The notes under the pieces: generated by a model | Told to the model about the DNA's origin: nothing | The model's database searches: none | What the model saw: only the letters and a program-made list of their open reading frames with translations | Program-made: the position numbers and the translations under genes | Assembly (NCBI GenBank): GCA_951406725.2 | Contig: OX597839.1 | Span: 31,434,001-31,498,000 of the forward strand | DNA from: Octopus vulgaris | Taxonomy: Eukaryota | Direction of reading: 5' to 3' | DNA length: 64,000 nt | Shown here: in pieces, positions 1 to 14,151 of the stretch | How the letters are laid out: every line of letters starts with the position of its first letter | Numbering within the stretch: the first letter of the stretch is position 1

Positions 1-1180
1 TGATAATAATAATAAAAGCTACATATACTTTGAAGGGAATGTAAAGAAATGTAAATGAAATGTGAGATTAAGTTTCTTAAAAGTGATATTAATATAACGG
101 TGGAGAATGTTGACCAAACAACCAGTTGTGAGGGTTGGAAATTGCTGTTAAGAAACGCGCTCACTACAGAAGCCTCGACATTCTTTTGGGAATGTCTCAG
201 AGCTGTTTCTGTAGCCGAGACGCCGTCGGAGGGGGGGGGGGCACACCGTTGCTTAAGGTTTGCAGTGAATTTCAAAGAAGTATAAATTCTAAATGATACT
301 TACAAGTCCGTGCAACTTTTCCTTTAAAAAAAAAAGAAAGAGTGAAGGAATGGCTGTTAACAATGTTCTGTGGGAACACAACATAGAGGTGCATGAACAA
401 AAACACACAATTTGTTTGCTCAGCAACTTGCATTTTGTCAAGTTAAGACATCCTAATTCTTCGAATCATATAGAGATCTATATAGTATATATATATATCT
501 ATATTGTATATTATATATTATATATTAGTATATATGCATCGGTGTATACAAGTGATGACATAAGTTGCAAATCATCCGTTGCCAGCAGAGTTGGCGGCAA
601 GGAAAGGTGGAAAAATTAAATGGTTTACAAAAAAAAAAAAATAATAATAATAATAAAATGAACAACATCGAAGATTCCCTAGGGTGCCATGCTGAAGACA
701 ATAGTTAGAGGTGAGTAAAATAAAGGTTTTGGTGTTGCACGGAATTGATAGTTGTTGGAGGAAGAAGAGGTGAAATGAAGCAGAGATCTGATGGTGCCGG
801 AAGCATTTCATAAGCCATTTTCAAGAAGAATTGGTAAGAGTCAAGTGGGTGAGGTGAGGAAGAATAATAATGTGTTGACAACAATATGAAGGAGATGTAG
901 CATGCTTAGATAAAGAACTGGTGGTGGTGGTGGTGGTGGTGGTGGCAGTGGTGGTGGTGGTGATGGTGGTGGTGGTGGTGGTGGTGATAGCGGCAATGGT
1001 GAGTGAGTCGGGTGAAATGAGAAGAATACAGCAAGTCTAGAGCCAAGTTGAAATGGAATCAATTTTCATAAGAACCGTATTTCATCAAATCAAAATATTC
1101 AACAAAACATTTCAAACAGTAATATATGCATATGTTTGTGTGTAAGCATGTGTGTATGAGTGTATGTGTTTGTGTGTATG

Positions 1181-1236
<56 letters not shown>

Positions 1237-1925
1237 TGTGTGTTTGTGCATATATATATATATATTTTAGCATATGTATGTATATATGTGTATATGTATA
1301 GAAGTATATTTGCTAGTATGCGCATGTGATGTGCATGTGTATACATGTATATAAGATAGTGTGTGTGTGTGTATGTGTGTGGAACATACATAAAAATGAC
1401 ATCCAACATAGAAAGAACAGTAGTTAAGTCACCTGTTTCTCTGATTAGTTAATAAAGAAAACAACAAATTGGAGGTGAGAGATGCAGGAAACAAGCTTGA
1501 TTAGAAAAATGGTTGCATCTTCATTGGAAAGATACGAAACAGAAAGATAACACGTTTTGTAGGACAGATTGAGGTTGGTGGGGGGTGGGGACAGATTTTA
1601 GAGAAATAAAGACTTCTGTTAGAGAGAGAAAACTCCTCTCTAAAAATTGTCTTTTTGTTTGGTGGTGAGAAGTCTGCCTCCTGATCACATGTAGTTCTGG
1701 GTTCAGTCACACTATGTGGCACCTTGGACAAATGTCTTCTGCTACAGGCCCAGACCATCTGAAGCCTTGTGAATGGATTTGGCAGACAGAAACTAAAAGA
1801 AGCCTATTGTGTGTGTGTGTGTGTGTATTAATGTTTGTTTTTATGTACAGTTATAACAAAAACAATGGGGTTAGTCCATACTTTTGTGGAGTACAAATTT
1901 ATTATTCTTAAATAAGAATAGCATC

Positions 1926-1993
1926 GATAGTGACTTCGAAGTTTTGGCCAGTTCGATAATGGCTTAGCTGGCTGAAACTTCGAAGTTACTGTC
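1926..1993. repeat. Fold-back (28-bp arms) of the same family as 38957-39112
   Basis: gatagtgacttcgaagttttggccagtt pairs with agctggctgaaacttcgaagttactgtc. The flank 1870-1953 is the reverse complement of about 38985-39060. Confidence 0.85.
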
Positions 1994-3309
1994 AACAAGA
2001 TTCTTGTTTAAAAACAGCATGTGTGTGTGTATGTGTGTGTGTGTGTGTGTATGCATGAGTGTGTATTACTGTCTTCCTGCCTAGACATCATGTGACAGTT
2101 GTAAACAAGTGGTGTCCTTCCCTCCGTACCTTCCATGAAAAACATGTCTGGCCATGGGGGCAGGGGGCATATTGCCTTGCCTGGAAACAAGTGAGGGTTG
2201 ATGACAGGAAGGGCATCCAGCTAGAGAAAATCCACCACAACAAAACTCAGTCCAACCCATGCAAGCATGGAGAAATGGACAAGAAAATGAGTATTAAAAA
2301 CAAAAAATCCTAATGTTGGTTAGTTTAATTTTGCAAGAACGAATGTTTTTTTTTTTTTCTTTCATTTGAGTAGCCCCTGGGAAAGTTGAAAATCTTTAAA
2401 ATTCTCCAGAAAAGGTGTGACGGTCATGGAAATATTTATGGAAAGTGTTGACATATGAATGTTTTACGGTTGAAGGAATGACACACCACTGATTCATAAA
2501 TCAAGATAAATTAGAACACTGCAGGCCAATATTTGGGATATTCAAACATTTTTCAGGATTAACTTTCTAATCTTGGCTGTTTTGCATCAAATTAACTTTA
2601 ATCATATTTTATTTCACTTCCATAAATGGCAAAGCAACAGAAACAAAACAAAGTTTAAAAAGCTATTAAAAAGCAAAAGAAAAAAAAAACGTTTTAAGAT
2701 TTTAAAAAATTGCATTAATATTCTTTTTTAAAAAAATGCATTTGTATTGTATGTTTTGGACAGTGATTTGACACATAAAAATCAAATCAAATCTATATTT
2801 TTTTTCCTCTCATTTCTTTGTTTATTTTGAAATATATTTGGTTGGGACTCAGCTCACACATACTGACTTTCTCGCTTGTTGTCACAGCATCACCAAATAT
2901 TAAAAAAAAGGTGGACATTTTCTATCATAATGCTTCTGGGACTGAAAGGATATTAAACTTGGTAAAATATCTCCAAATTGCAAATTAGACTGACAAGAAT
3001 ACCAAAAGGAAAGGCAATAACTAAATCGTTAAAAATACTAAATCTAATCATATCTCACTTCTATCATTTTTCATTTTTCTTTTCTGTTCCAGGCTTGTTA
3101 AGTTGATTCCATCCTCTTCGTTGAATTTATTAAAACTTCTTTTACAATTTCTGCAAGTTTTACACTCACAACAGACAATATCTGTCTGATCTGTCTTTTA
3201 GGGGCAAAGACCAAGCTTTCTTTTTTCTTTTTTCTTATTGTCTTATTGTGTTTATTGGTTTTCCTTTTTCCTTCTTTATTATTTTTTATTTATTGGCTCA
3301 AGAAACAAA

Positions 3310-3346
<37 letters not shown>

Positions 3347-3410
3347 TACATACATACATACATACATAGACACACAGAGAGGTAATATCCCCACTTAAAC
3401 GTGGATGTTT

Positions 3411-3412
<2 letters not shown>

Positions 3413-3491
<79 letters not shown>

Positions 3492-3512
3492 ATATACATA
3501 TATATATATATG

Positions 3513-3553
<41 letters not shown>

Positions 3554-3681
3554 GTAGGCATATATATATGTATATATGTGTATGTATATATATGTGTGTG
3601 TGTGTGCGTATATATATATGTATACGCACACACATATATACATATATATATATATGCCTACATATATATATATGTGTGTGT

Positions 3682-3717
<36 letters not shown>

Positions 3718-3990
3718 TGCTAAAACAAAGTTGGTCTGTATTGAAGCCAGTTCCATCACTAGAGCTCAAATTTCCTGTTAGTCATTTTGATTAGATTTAA
3801 GAGACAATGGTAGGTGTAAGAGAGAGAGAGGGAGAGAGAGAGAGAGGGAGAGAGAGAGGGAGAGAGAGAGGAGAGAGAGGGAGGGAGAGAGGAGAGACAT
3901 GGAGAGAGAGACATGGAGAGAGAGACATGGAGAGAGAGACATGGAGAGAGAGACAGGGAGAGAGAGAGGAGAGAGAGGAAGAGAGAGAGA
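3413..3990. repeat. Compound (TA)n/(TG)n/(CA)n and GA-rich microsatellite cluster
   Basis: Directly visible. Many comparable tracts occur throughout the window. Confidence 0.95.
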
Positions 3991-4521
3991 GGTGGGAGGA
4001 AAGGAGAAGAAGAGGGGTAAAGGAAGAGGCAAAGATCGTTTGGTTGTTATGGCAGTTTTGATCTGGGGATGAAACCTATACTATGAGATTTTCTCATTGG
4101 AGAACTATCATCATCATCATCAACAATAAAAGCAAACTGGCTGTTTCTGCAATGGAGGTTATCAGATCTTAATAACAGTAATAATAATCGTTTCTGACTT
4201 AGATACACGGCCAGTAGTTTCAAGGGGAGGGGTAAGTTGATTGCATCAATGTGAGTCCTTGACGGGCATTTTGTTTTATCGACTGCAACCCTCACCCCAA
4301 AGGATGGAAAGCAAAGTCAATCTCAGCAGGTTTTGAACTCAGAACATCAAGGTCTGATACAAATACAGCAAAAGCATGTTTTACAAAGCTCCAACAATTC
4401 AGCTAGCTTGACACTTTTTATCTTACCAAATAATAATAATAATAAGGATATTTCCCTAGGTGTCAGGAAGACACTCAGCAAGAAATGGAAACAAAATTGA
4501 AAGAAGAGGATAATAATAATG

Positions 4522-4554
<33 letters not shown>

Positions 4555-4556
<2 letters not shown>

Positions 4557-4770
4557 CCTTTCTACTATAGGCACAAGGCCTGAAATTTAGGGGAGGGGCC
4601 AATCGGTTAGATCAACCCCAGTACATAACTGGTACTTAATTTATCGACCCCGAAAGGATGAAAGGCAAAGTTGACCTCGGCGGAGTTTGAACTCAGAATG
4701 CAGCAATGAATGAAATACCGCTAAGCATTTCGTCCAGTGTGCTAACAATTCCGCTAGCTTGCCACCTTAC
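4555..4770 (-). mobile_element. tRNA-derived SINE family B
   Basis: Reverse complement of AAGGTGGCAAGCTAGC...TTCTGAGTTCAAA...GCCTTTCATCCTTTCGGGGTCGATAAATTAAGTACCAG, flanked by (AAT)n/(TAC)n. Confidence 0.85.
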
Positions 4771-4783
4771 TACTACTACTACA

Positions 4784-4832
<49 letters not shown>

Positions 4833-4968
4833 ATAATAATAATAATAATAATAATAATATTTTCGACTCTAGGCACAAGGCCTGAAATTGTTGGGCAAGC
4901 TGACCTCTGCAGCATTTGAACCCAGAATGTAAAGCAGGGTGTGCTAATGATTCTGCCAGCACACCACC

Positions 4969-5026
<58 letters not shown>

Positions 5027-5138
5027 TAGTAGTAATAGTAGTAGTAGTAGTAGTAATAATAATAATAATAATCCTTTCTACAAAAGGCACAAGGCCTGAT
5101 GCTCCACTGACTCTTCCCTCATAAATATAAATATGAAA

Positions 5139-5169
<31 letters not shown>

Positions 5170-5536
5170 TGTATGTATGTATGTATGTATGTATATTGAT
5201 GATGATGATGATATTTGAATTCCGTATGTTCTGAAGTCAACAGACATCTACAGGTATGAAAATTAATAATCTACGAAAAATAAACTTTGATCAACACAGA
5301 TATCAAAAGTAGAATTACCGACTTTTCAAAATAATAATGAAAATGAAAATAATAATAATAATAATAAAAATAATAACTCTAAAAACATGAAAGTCAGCAT
5401 AAATATTATATCTTTCTACAGATATTGTGAAGTAAAAATAAGTCAAAGTATGGCTTAATTATACACATGGGAATTGAAAAGCTATAAAATTCTAAGGTAC
5501 GTCTCATCTTGTTGATTGCATAGCACTTTAATGATT

Positions 5537-5574
<38 letters not shown>

Positions 5575-5578
5575 AATA

Positions 5579-5620
<42 letters not shown>

Positions 5621-6444
5621 CGTACTTAGTAAAAAGGAAAGTGAGTGCTATTTAGTTGATGTTTGCCTGTTTGATAGAAGAGTGTGGAGGCACAGAATGA
5701 AAGACAGCAGAAATATGAGGACCTCAAATACAAACTTTAAAGAAACAGGTTTTCCTTTTTGCTTTGTTTTGCTTTTTTGGTCTGGAGGAAGGGCCAATTG
5801 CTCAAGACCTTTGTGGCTGGGGGTGTGTTTGATGTTGTGAATTTTCTGTTAAACTGTTGTGGGTCAACACTTGCAGGAAAAACACAAGCAAAGAGAGAGA
5901 GAGTTCCAGGGGGATGATGTGGGGAGAAAGGACTGTTAGTCCTTAATAATAGTGTAGAGCTGGGAGGGGATTGGATGCAGCAAGAGGGATGAGAGATGGA
6001 GAGATGAGTGGATCACAAGTAGCTCAGGGGTGGGGCTACAAGATCAGCCAACCATGAGGAAAAGAGACTGTTTTAGAAGCAATAGAAAAGACAGAGAGAG
6101 GGGACAACAGTTGAAGCATGTTTGTGATTGAATAAAAATTAGTCAAGTGGCCCATAGAGGCACATGGCTCAGTGGTTAAGGTGCTGGGCTCATGATCGTA
6201 GGTAAGATTGTGGTTTCAATTCCTGGACCATGCAATGTGTTGTATTCTTGAGCAAAACACTTTACTTCAGTCCACTAAGCTAGCAAAATGAGTAATTCTG
6301 TGATGGACTGGTGTCCCATCCAGGGTGAATATAAATTCCACAGAAACTGGGAAACTGACCATATGAACCTATATGACTCAGGAAGGGTCTTTTTTCTCTT
6401 TTATCTTTATCAGACAAGTAACTCCTTTTTGGATGCAATCCATG

Positions 6445-6480
<36 letters not shown>

Positions 6481-7794
6481 AGCAGGTGTGGGAGCAGTAC
6501 TGCATTGTGGGCCATAACTGAGTCTTAAAGAGTGTCAGAAGCTGTTGAGGGCTGAAATATTTTCCGACACTGAAGAGAAGGGCCAGTCATTGGGGTTTGG
6601 TCCTGGTTCCCTTAATGATATCCTTTCATCATGAGTTACCCTGTGAGTCTCAAAGTTTGGAGTTGAGTGCCACTCATCATTTAGTGGGGGTGTGGTGCAG
6701 TGAGTGTTTGCTGATATCTCTTATCTTTTACTTGTTTCAGTCATAAGACTGTGGCCATGCTAGGGCAGCACCTCGAAGAATTTTTAGTTGGATGAATTGA
6801 TCCCACTACTTACTTTTTTTAAAGCCTGAGACTTATGCTTTTGGTCTTGTTTGCCAAACCACTACAGGGACATAAACACACCAACACTGGTTGTCAAGCA
6901 GTGGTGGAACATACACACAAGACAGGCTTCTACTCACAGGACTTTGGTCAGCCTGAAGCTATTGAAGAAAACACTTGCCCAAGGTGTAACAGGGTGGAAC
7001 TGAACCTGGAACCATGTTTCTGAAAGCAAGCTTCTTACCACACACCCATTGCATGTCCCCAAGAGAAGATTCTCTCAAGTTTTCCACTGATTCATTGGAT
7101 GTTTGGTGTCTTGGCTGCATCATGTGCTTGGTTCATGGTGGGGGGGGGGGAAGAATTGCCATAGAAACGATCATTATCCCAATTGCAATAGGAATCTTAG
7201 GAAGAGTTGTGAGAAGTTTGGATGGCTGGAGGACGTTGAGTATTTGAGAAAGCTTGGACAGCAGGGACTTTAGAAAAGTTGCTGGATACTTAAAGCTGTG
7301 AAATGCTCTCATAGCTAGGGATCTCATAGCTAGGGATCCATAGACAGAGCAACAACAACTATAATCATTCCTTCTTCTATAGACACAAAGCCAGCAATTG
7401 TGAGAGGAGGGGGTAATTCAGTTACATCAATCCCCCAGTACTTAGCTGGTACTTTATTTTATTGATCCTGATAGGATGAAATACAAAGTTGACCTTGGCG
7501 GGATTTGAATTTAGAACATAAAATATGGGAAGGCATTTTGTCTGCTTCACCAATGAGTCTACCTGCTGGGCTGCCTTAATAAACATTACAGGTGAATCCT
7601 CAATCTCTTTTAAGAGCAAAGGTAAGCAAAGTTAGCTTTAGCAAACAGACAAACACACACAGGTTTTTTCCCTTGGTAATAATTTCCTGAGTACATCAGT
7701 TTCTGCTGGAATAATTTTAACCTATTACTTAACATGTCGTAAACAACAGCTAAATGATATGAATATCAAAAACCTCAGTTTTAATAGAAAAATA

Positions 7795-7830
<36 letters not shown>

Positions 7831-7970
7831 ACACATACAGACACACACACACACACACACACACATGCAGACAGTCATAGGTAGTGATCATGAAACATTG
7901 CTTGTTGATGTGTTATATGGCTGTAAAGCTATTTTCAGATTAATTCTCTTTTAACTTTCCAGAAAAATAA

Positions 7971-8008
<38 letters not shown>

Positions 8009-8716
8009 GTAGCAAAAACTGATGACCAAAACAAACATCAAACAACCTAAAAACATTAAAAAACACTGGTCTAAGTTTCCAATTACATCTTTAGTAGATA
8101 CAAGAAAAAATATCAAAAAGAAACAAAAATTGAAAGCGTAATAATCCGTGAGTCCATTTTGGGTTTATTTTGATATTTTATGCGTTTATTGAGAAAGTCT
8201 GTAACAAACTGACCAATGGTTTTATTATGACTGTCCACCTGTTCGTCTTTCCCAACTAATCTGACTCTAACGAACATAGATTCTGTAAGATTTAAACATG
8301 ATGGATTCTTCAAGGATTTATTTCTGTTTTTATGTTGTTGATGTTGTTGCAGCCGTTGTCAACATCTGTTAACAACTATTGCATGATGTCCAGACAAGGA
8401 GATACAGACAGACAGACACACACACACACACACACAGTGGAAATGCTTCTTTCAGTTTCCCTTCTTCAAATTTATTAACGAAGCTGAGTCAACAGAAGGA
8501 AGTTCCAACTAAATGTCATCTCCCATGTACAAGTCTCTGCTGTCCAAGAGGCTTAGAAGTACCAGCAGAAGGGCACCCTGGAGCCATGACCTGGGTGTGG
8601 CCTGCCCCCACCTCTTACAGTGTGAGAAGTTAAGGGCCAAAACACTTGCCTGATGGATGGGGTTTCTTTTCTGAAGACCCTCTGCTGCTCAGCTGTCTTG
8701 AGAGTTTCTTACTACT

Positions 8717-8765
<49 letters not shown>

Positions 8766-9151
8766 GGCAACATGTGCTGCATTCACCATTTGCTGTTCAT
8801 TCCTTACCCCTCCTGGTGGACGACACCTTTTCACCCTTCAGGTGACAACTGTCCAACCCATGGGTCTGCTTGGGTAGTCATTGCTGGAGAGGGTTTTATG
8901 TGGTCAGAGAGCAAATCCTACCTCAATCTTTTTTGGTCACCTTTTTACGACATGCAGAGTAAACACTGGGTCTAATCTTTGATATGCTGGTCCCCACACA
9001 ACACATCGCATAAAAAAACATTTAATGAGCTGTGCAGTGGGATTGAACCTGAATTAAACTTCTTAACCATGCTTCTACTTATTTTGTTTTGCTTTTTAGC
9101 CTTTTAAACTGGCCAAATCAGACCCAAATATTTCACCTATTCTATGTTCAA

Positions 9152-9446
9152 TCATCATCATCATTGTTCGACCGTGGTCGAGACAATGGAATTCACCATG
9201 TTACGCCAGACTTCACGGTCCATCATAGCATTACGGAGGTCCTGTTGCTGGATGCCTGTATCCCTGGAGATTACATCAGGGTAGGAGAGTGTGCGCCCTC
9301 TGGTATTGCGAGTAGATGGCTTCCAGAGGAGAAGAGTAGAAATTACTTCTTTTTCAGCTCTACAACAATGTCCAGCAAACTGGACTCTCCTACCTTTCAC
9401 AAGAGATGACACAGGTGGTAGTTTCCCATATATTTGCATTTTGGTT
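9152..9446 (-). mobile_element. 5'-truncated RTE-clade LINE, 3' end
   Basis: RRVQFAGHCCR...LLLWKP...RGR...DREVWR C-terminal motifs, (GAT)n tail, and 9-bp TSD tatgttcaa (9143, 9459). Confidence 0.88.
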
Positions 9447-12400
9447 TGAACATTTTTATATGTTCAAACTGGCCAGATCCAACTTCTTACACCCACCTTA
9501 CAATGTCATTCTAAAAATAAACAATCACATCCTCAAATTCTGAAAGCTACGAGATAAAGCATGATTGATTTAGTTCAGTGAATGAAGAAGCATTACGTTT
9601 GACGGAAAGATCTGAATGCTAAACAGTTAATCTGTCAAGTGGATAACAATAGAGAAACAGAGCCGGATACTAAAGGCTATTAGTAACGAGTGAGGTTGAC
9701 CAGCTTCACAATATCTCAAGAAAAAGAACTACCAACTACAAACAATAATAGAAGGACACAAAAAAGAAGGCAAGCAAATAAAATACATTTTAATAGTGAG
9801 AAATGTAATGGTTTTTTTAGTGAACAACTAATTTGAGAAACCAACATCTCACCTCAGCATTAACGTGGTTAATTATCACACTTAGAAGTGCATTCGTTAA
9901 TTGCTCCCTTCTGAAAATCTAATCAGTTTTTTTCCCAATTTTTTTCTTCTTTTTTTGGTTTTAGTGATTTTTTTTATTACTTATTTTTCCTTTCATTGAC
10001 AAATCTCTAAAGAAACAAAGATTAGTCGAAAACAAATAATAATAATAACAATGATGATGATGATGATGATGACGACAACAATAATAATCTAATTTGATTT
10101 CAACTAAGACATAGATGCTCAACACTGTCTAAATTAGCTCAGTCATGAATCATTAATCTCCTAAGCTGCCTCTGTTCTCTCAGTCATTGTAAACTTTTAT
10201 CAAATTAAAATCAGATTATTTCACAAGCTGCTGCTTAGAATCAAAGCAAGACTTTTCTCTACATTTATCTGTTAAGAAAATATTTTTAATAAACTAAAAC
10301 TAAAATGACCACTGGCTCAAAATGGTCAAACGGTTGGTGTTATGTTAAAGGATTAATCACTCATAACAACTCAACCCTGAGTCTTTTATGATTGGAAGAA
10401 AACTAACTGAAGAGGAACACAAACCAGAATTTGGGGGAAATAGCAACACAACACCTGTTATCATCATCATCATCATTTAACGTCTGTTGTCCATGCTGGC
10501 ATGGGTTGGACGGTTTGACTGGGCTGGCATGCTGGAAGGCTGCACCAGACTCCAGTCTGAATTGGGATGGTTTTCTACGGCTGGATGCTCTTCCTGAGTC
10601 CAACCACTCTGAGAGTGTAATGGGTGCTTTTATGTGCCACCAGCATGGGTGCCATTTGTGTGACACTGATATCTGCTACGACTGGATGAACACCTCAAGT
10701 TCACAGATAGAATCTGATTTTGTCCGTACAGTAATAACACAGCTAAAAGTGTTGGACATTGTTAACCAGTGTAGGTCAGGAACTGTGGGAGGATACGAAC
10801 AGTGGTCTCCAGGGATGCATGGGTGGTGGTGGTGGTGGAGGAGTCTCTGCCATGTGGTTCCTCATGCTACCACAGAACTCAGACATTGACATGCGATGTT
10901 CATTGTGGTATCCCTACATTTACGGATGAGGTTACCTGGGTAGCAGTCTGGTTGGTCCTCACTTGTTTGACGTAAATCTGTTCTTACCAGCTCAGATGTT
11001 CCATCCTTCATCACTACCTGACAACCAATGTTGGTTTATTTACATCCCCAGAATGGCGGCATGTAAACGACACCATTTGAGCATGATTGTTACCAGCATC
11101 GCCTTACTGGCACCTGTGCCAGTGGCATGTGTAAAAGATTCAAGCGCGGTGGTTGCCAGTACCGCCTGACTGGCACGTAAAAGCATCCACTACACTCCCG
11201 GAGTGCTTGGCGTTAGGAAGGGCATCCAGCTGTAGAAACTCTGCTAGATCAAGATTGGAGCCTGGTGCAGCCTCCTGGTTCGCCAGCCCTCAATCAAAAT
11301 CATCCAACCCATGCCAGCATGGAAAGTGGACGATGATGATGATGATGATGAGAACTTAATAGTTTGGCAAAGAGACCGATAGAATAAGCACCAGGCTTAC
11401 ACCCCACCCCATAGTCCAATGACTGAAACAAGTAAAAAATAACGATAATTGCTGCAAGCAAGCATTAAACATGGCACTAATGACATCGTTTGAATTTAAT
11501 CTGGGTTGTGAACGAATGGATTCACTGCTGGGAGATTCTGTTGCAGACCCTTGAAGTGATGATGGGTGGGGGAATAAAACAGTTGGGGTTGGAAGAGTGT
11601 ATGGAGACAAAAGACATAAGTGGAGTAGATTTTTTGTTGCCTCAGTGGAAACAAGCCTCAGCTGATCTGAGTTTGCCTAAAATAAACAATTGTCTTCGTT
11701 TCACAAAGGTTTATCTCCTGACATCATAACAACAGCAGCACAAAGAGGAATAATGAATGATATCAGTGTTATTGCTGAAATTCAAGCTCATAATAGGAAC
11801 ACCCAAATACACTTCACACGCACACATATTTACACATACATACATACATACACATGTGTGTGTGTGTGTTGGAATCTACGTAAGGTAAAGAAGATTACGG
11901 AGCAGGAGAGCTAAATTTCGAAGCAGTCAAACTTACAGACGACTGCATTCATTATTGTATGAAGAATAAAAAAAAAGAGATAACCCCCCCCCCCCCCGAA
12001 TGGTTTATATGGTATTCAATGTTTTCAGAGAAGCCACCATATTCCAGTGATGTCAAAACTAGTGAAACAAGAAATTTCCTACTCCCCCCTCACTACCCAC
12101 CGACCCTCCATCAATAAATATTTCCAAATATGGTTACAAACTTCAGCTGTTGTTGTGGAGAGGAGTTTCAGCTGTACGTAGAATAGAATGTGTCTGGTAA
12201 CATCAAATCAAAACACCAAAATACTATAATGAAGATAAGAGCAACAGAAGAAGCTGGTCTGAAATTGCCCCAATTATGAGGCACAGTTCTCTGATAAACA
12301 ACTGGCAAAGTATTGTGTACTGTTGTTCTTATATCTATATAAGCAACACACGTCAATGAGCTAAATAGGGATTCACAAAGGATTTACTCAGAAGTCATCC

Positions 12401-12582
12401 ATACCCAAAGGTCCCCAACCAGGAGGCCACAGACCAGTGTGATGCTGGTGGTGGACCATTTGGGGCCACACTACACAGAAGGAATAAACTTCAAAATTCT
12501 ATTTCTATTTTATTGATCATCATAGTCCACAGGCTGTTTTTGAATTATGTATGTACTATATATATATATATATATATATATA

Positions 12583-12755
12583 GGTGTAGGAGTGGCTGTG
12601 TAGTAAGTAGCTTGCTTACCAACCATATAGTTCCAGGTTCAGTCCCATTGCATGGCACCTTGAGCAATTGTCTTCTACTATAGCCTCAGGCCAACCAAAG
12701 CCCTGTGAGTGGATTTGGTTGACAGAAACTAAAGGAAGCCCGTTGTATATATATT

Positions 12756-12786
<31 letters not shown>

Positions 12787-12932
12787 TTACGTTTCTGTAA
12801 CTTAGTGGTTCAGCAAAAGAAACCAATAGAATAAATACTAGGCTTACAAAGAATAAGTCTTGGGGTGAATTTGTTTGACAAAAGGAGGTGCTCCAGCATG
12901 GCTGCAGTCAAATGACTGCAACAAGTAAAAGA
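12583..12932 (+). mobile_element. SINE family A
   Basis: Same head and tail as the 13741 copy, in the opposite orientation. Confidence 0.85.
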
Positions 12933-12934
12933 AT

Positions 12935-12979
<45 letters not shown>

Positions 12980-13740
12980 GTGTATAACATCTATAGATAT
13001 ATATAAGTGCCAGGATTAAAAAAGGGGAAAAGACACTAAGTACTGGGGTGGGGGAGGTCAATTCATTCAACTAAAATTCTTCAAGGCAGTGCCCCAGCAT
13101 GGCCACAATCTAACGAGACTGAAACAAGTAAAAGACAGAAAATATGTATATGTTGCTGGAATGGATGAACACCTCAAGTTCACAGACAGAATCTGATTTT
13201 TGTCCATGTGATGGTAGCATAGCTGAAAGCGACCCAGCTGGGAATTGAAACCGGGCTGTAGGCATGAACTTGTCTGGAACTCACACAACACCACAGAATA
13301 TGTCAAGTAACCTCACAATACAAAATTTCTTTTCTCTTTTGCTGTTGCACTGATTCTAATTGCAATTGTGACTAATTACCACTGCAGAAATTAGCAACAA
13401 AGCTAAAAACGACTGCAGGTTTGAACATTTGATACCCTCACTTCAGTGATTCCAAGTGTCAGCTTCAACTCACCCCAAAGTGGTTGAGTTCTGTTGCATA
13501 ATTTCCCCTGTCAACTGTGATCTGACTTCATTATCTACACCTACTTTCTCTCATTAGCCGTATCATACTTTGACTCAATCTGCTTGGCTTTGGACGGAGT
13601 CGTTTCTAATTTATCTGGATTTTAGAATAGCAGACCAGAATCTATCTTTAGACTGTGACACACAACCAGTCTGCTAATACATATATATACATATATATAT
13701 ATGTGTGTGTATGTGTATTTACATATATAATAAGTAAACT

Positions 13741-14151
13741 CTCTTTTACTCTTTTACTTGTTTCAGTCATTTGACTGTGGCCATGCTGGAGCACCGCCTT
13801 TAGTCGAGCAACTCGACCCTGGGACTTATTCTTTGTAAGCCCAGTACTTATTCTATCGGTCTCTTTGCCAAACCGCTAAGTGACGGGGACGTAAACACAC
13901 CAGCATCGGTTGTCAAGCGATGCTAGGGGGACAAACACAGACACACAAACACACACATACATATATATATATAAATATATACATATATACGACAGGCTTC
14001 TTTCATTTTCCGTCTACCAAATCCACTCACAAGGCATTGGTCGCCCGGGGCTATAGCAGAAGACACTTGCCCAAGATGCCACGCAGTGGGACTGAACCCT
14101 GAACCATGTGGTTGGTTAGCAAGCTACTTACCACACAGCCACTCCTGTGCC
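13741..14151 (-). mobile_element. tRNA-derived SINE family A, full length
   Basis: Head GGC.CAGGAGTGGCTGTGTGGTAAG...GGGTTCAGTCCC with A/B-box-like motifs, internal (TA/TG)n, and a GTAAAAGA tail. Many copies in the window. Confidence 0.88.

Noticed and set aside
5411-5502. Plus-strand exon-like segment (tctttctacag ... aag|gtacgt)
   Set aside because: No recognisable product or partner exons, and such signals are common in AT-rich DNA.
12583-12660. tRNA-like A/B boxes
   Set aside because: These are SINE heads with no complete cloverleaf, not tRNA genes.
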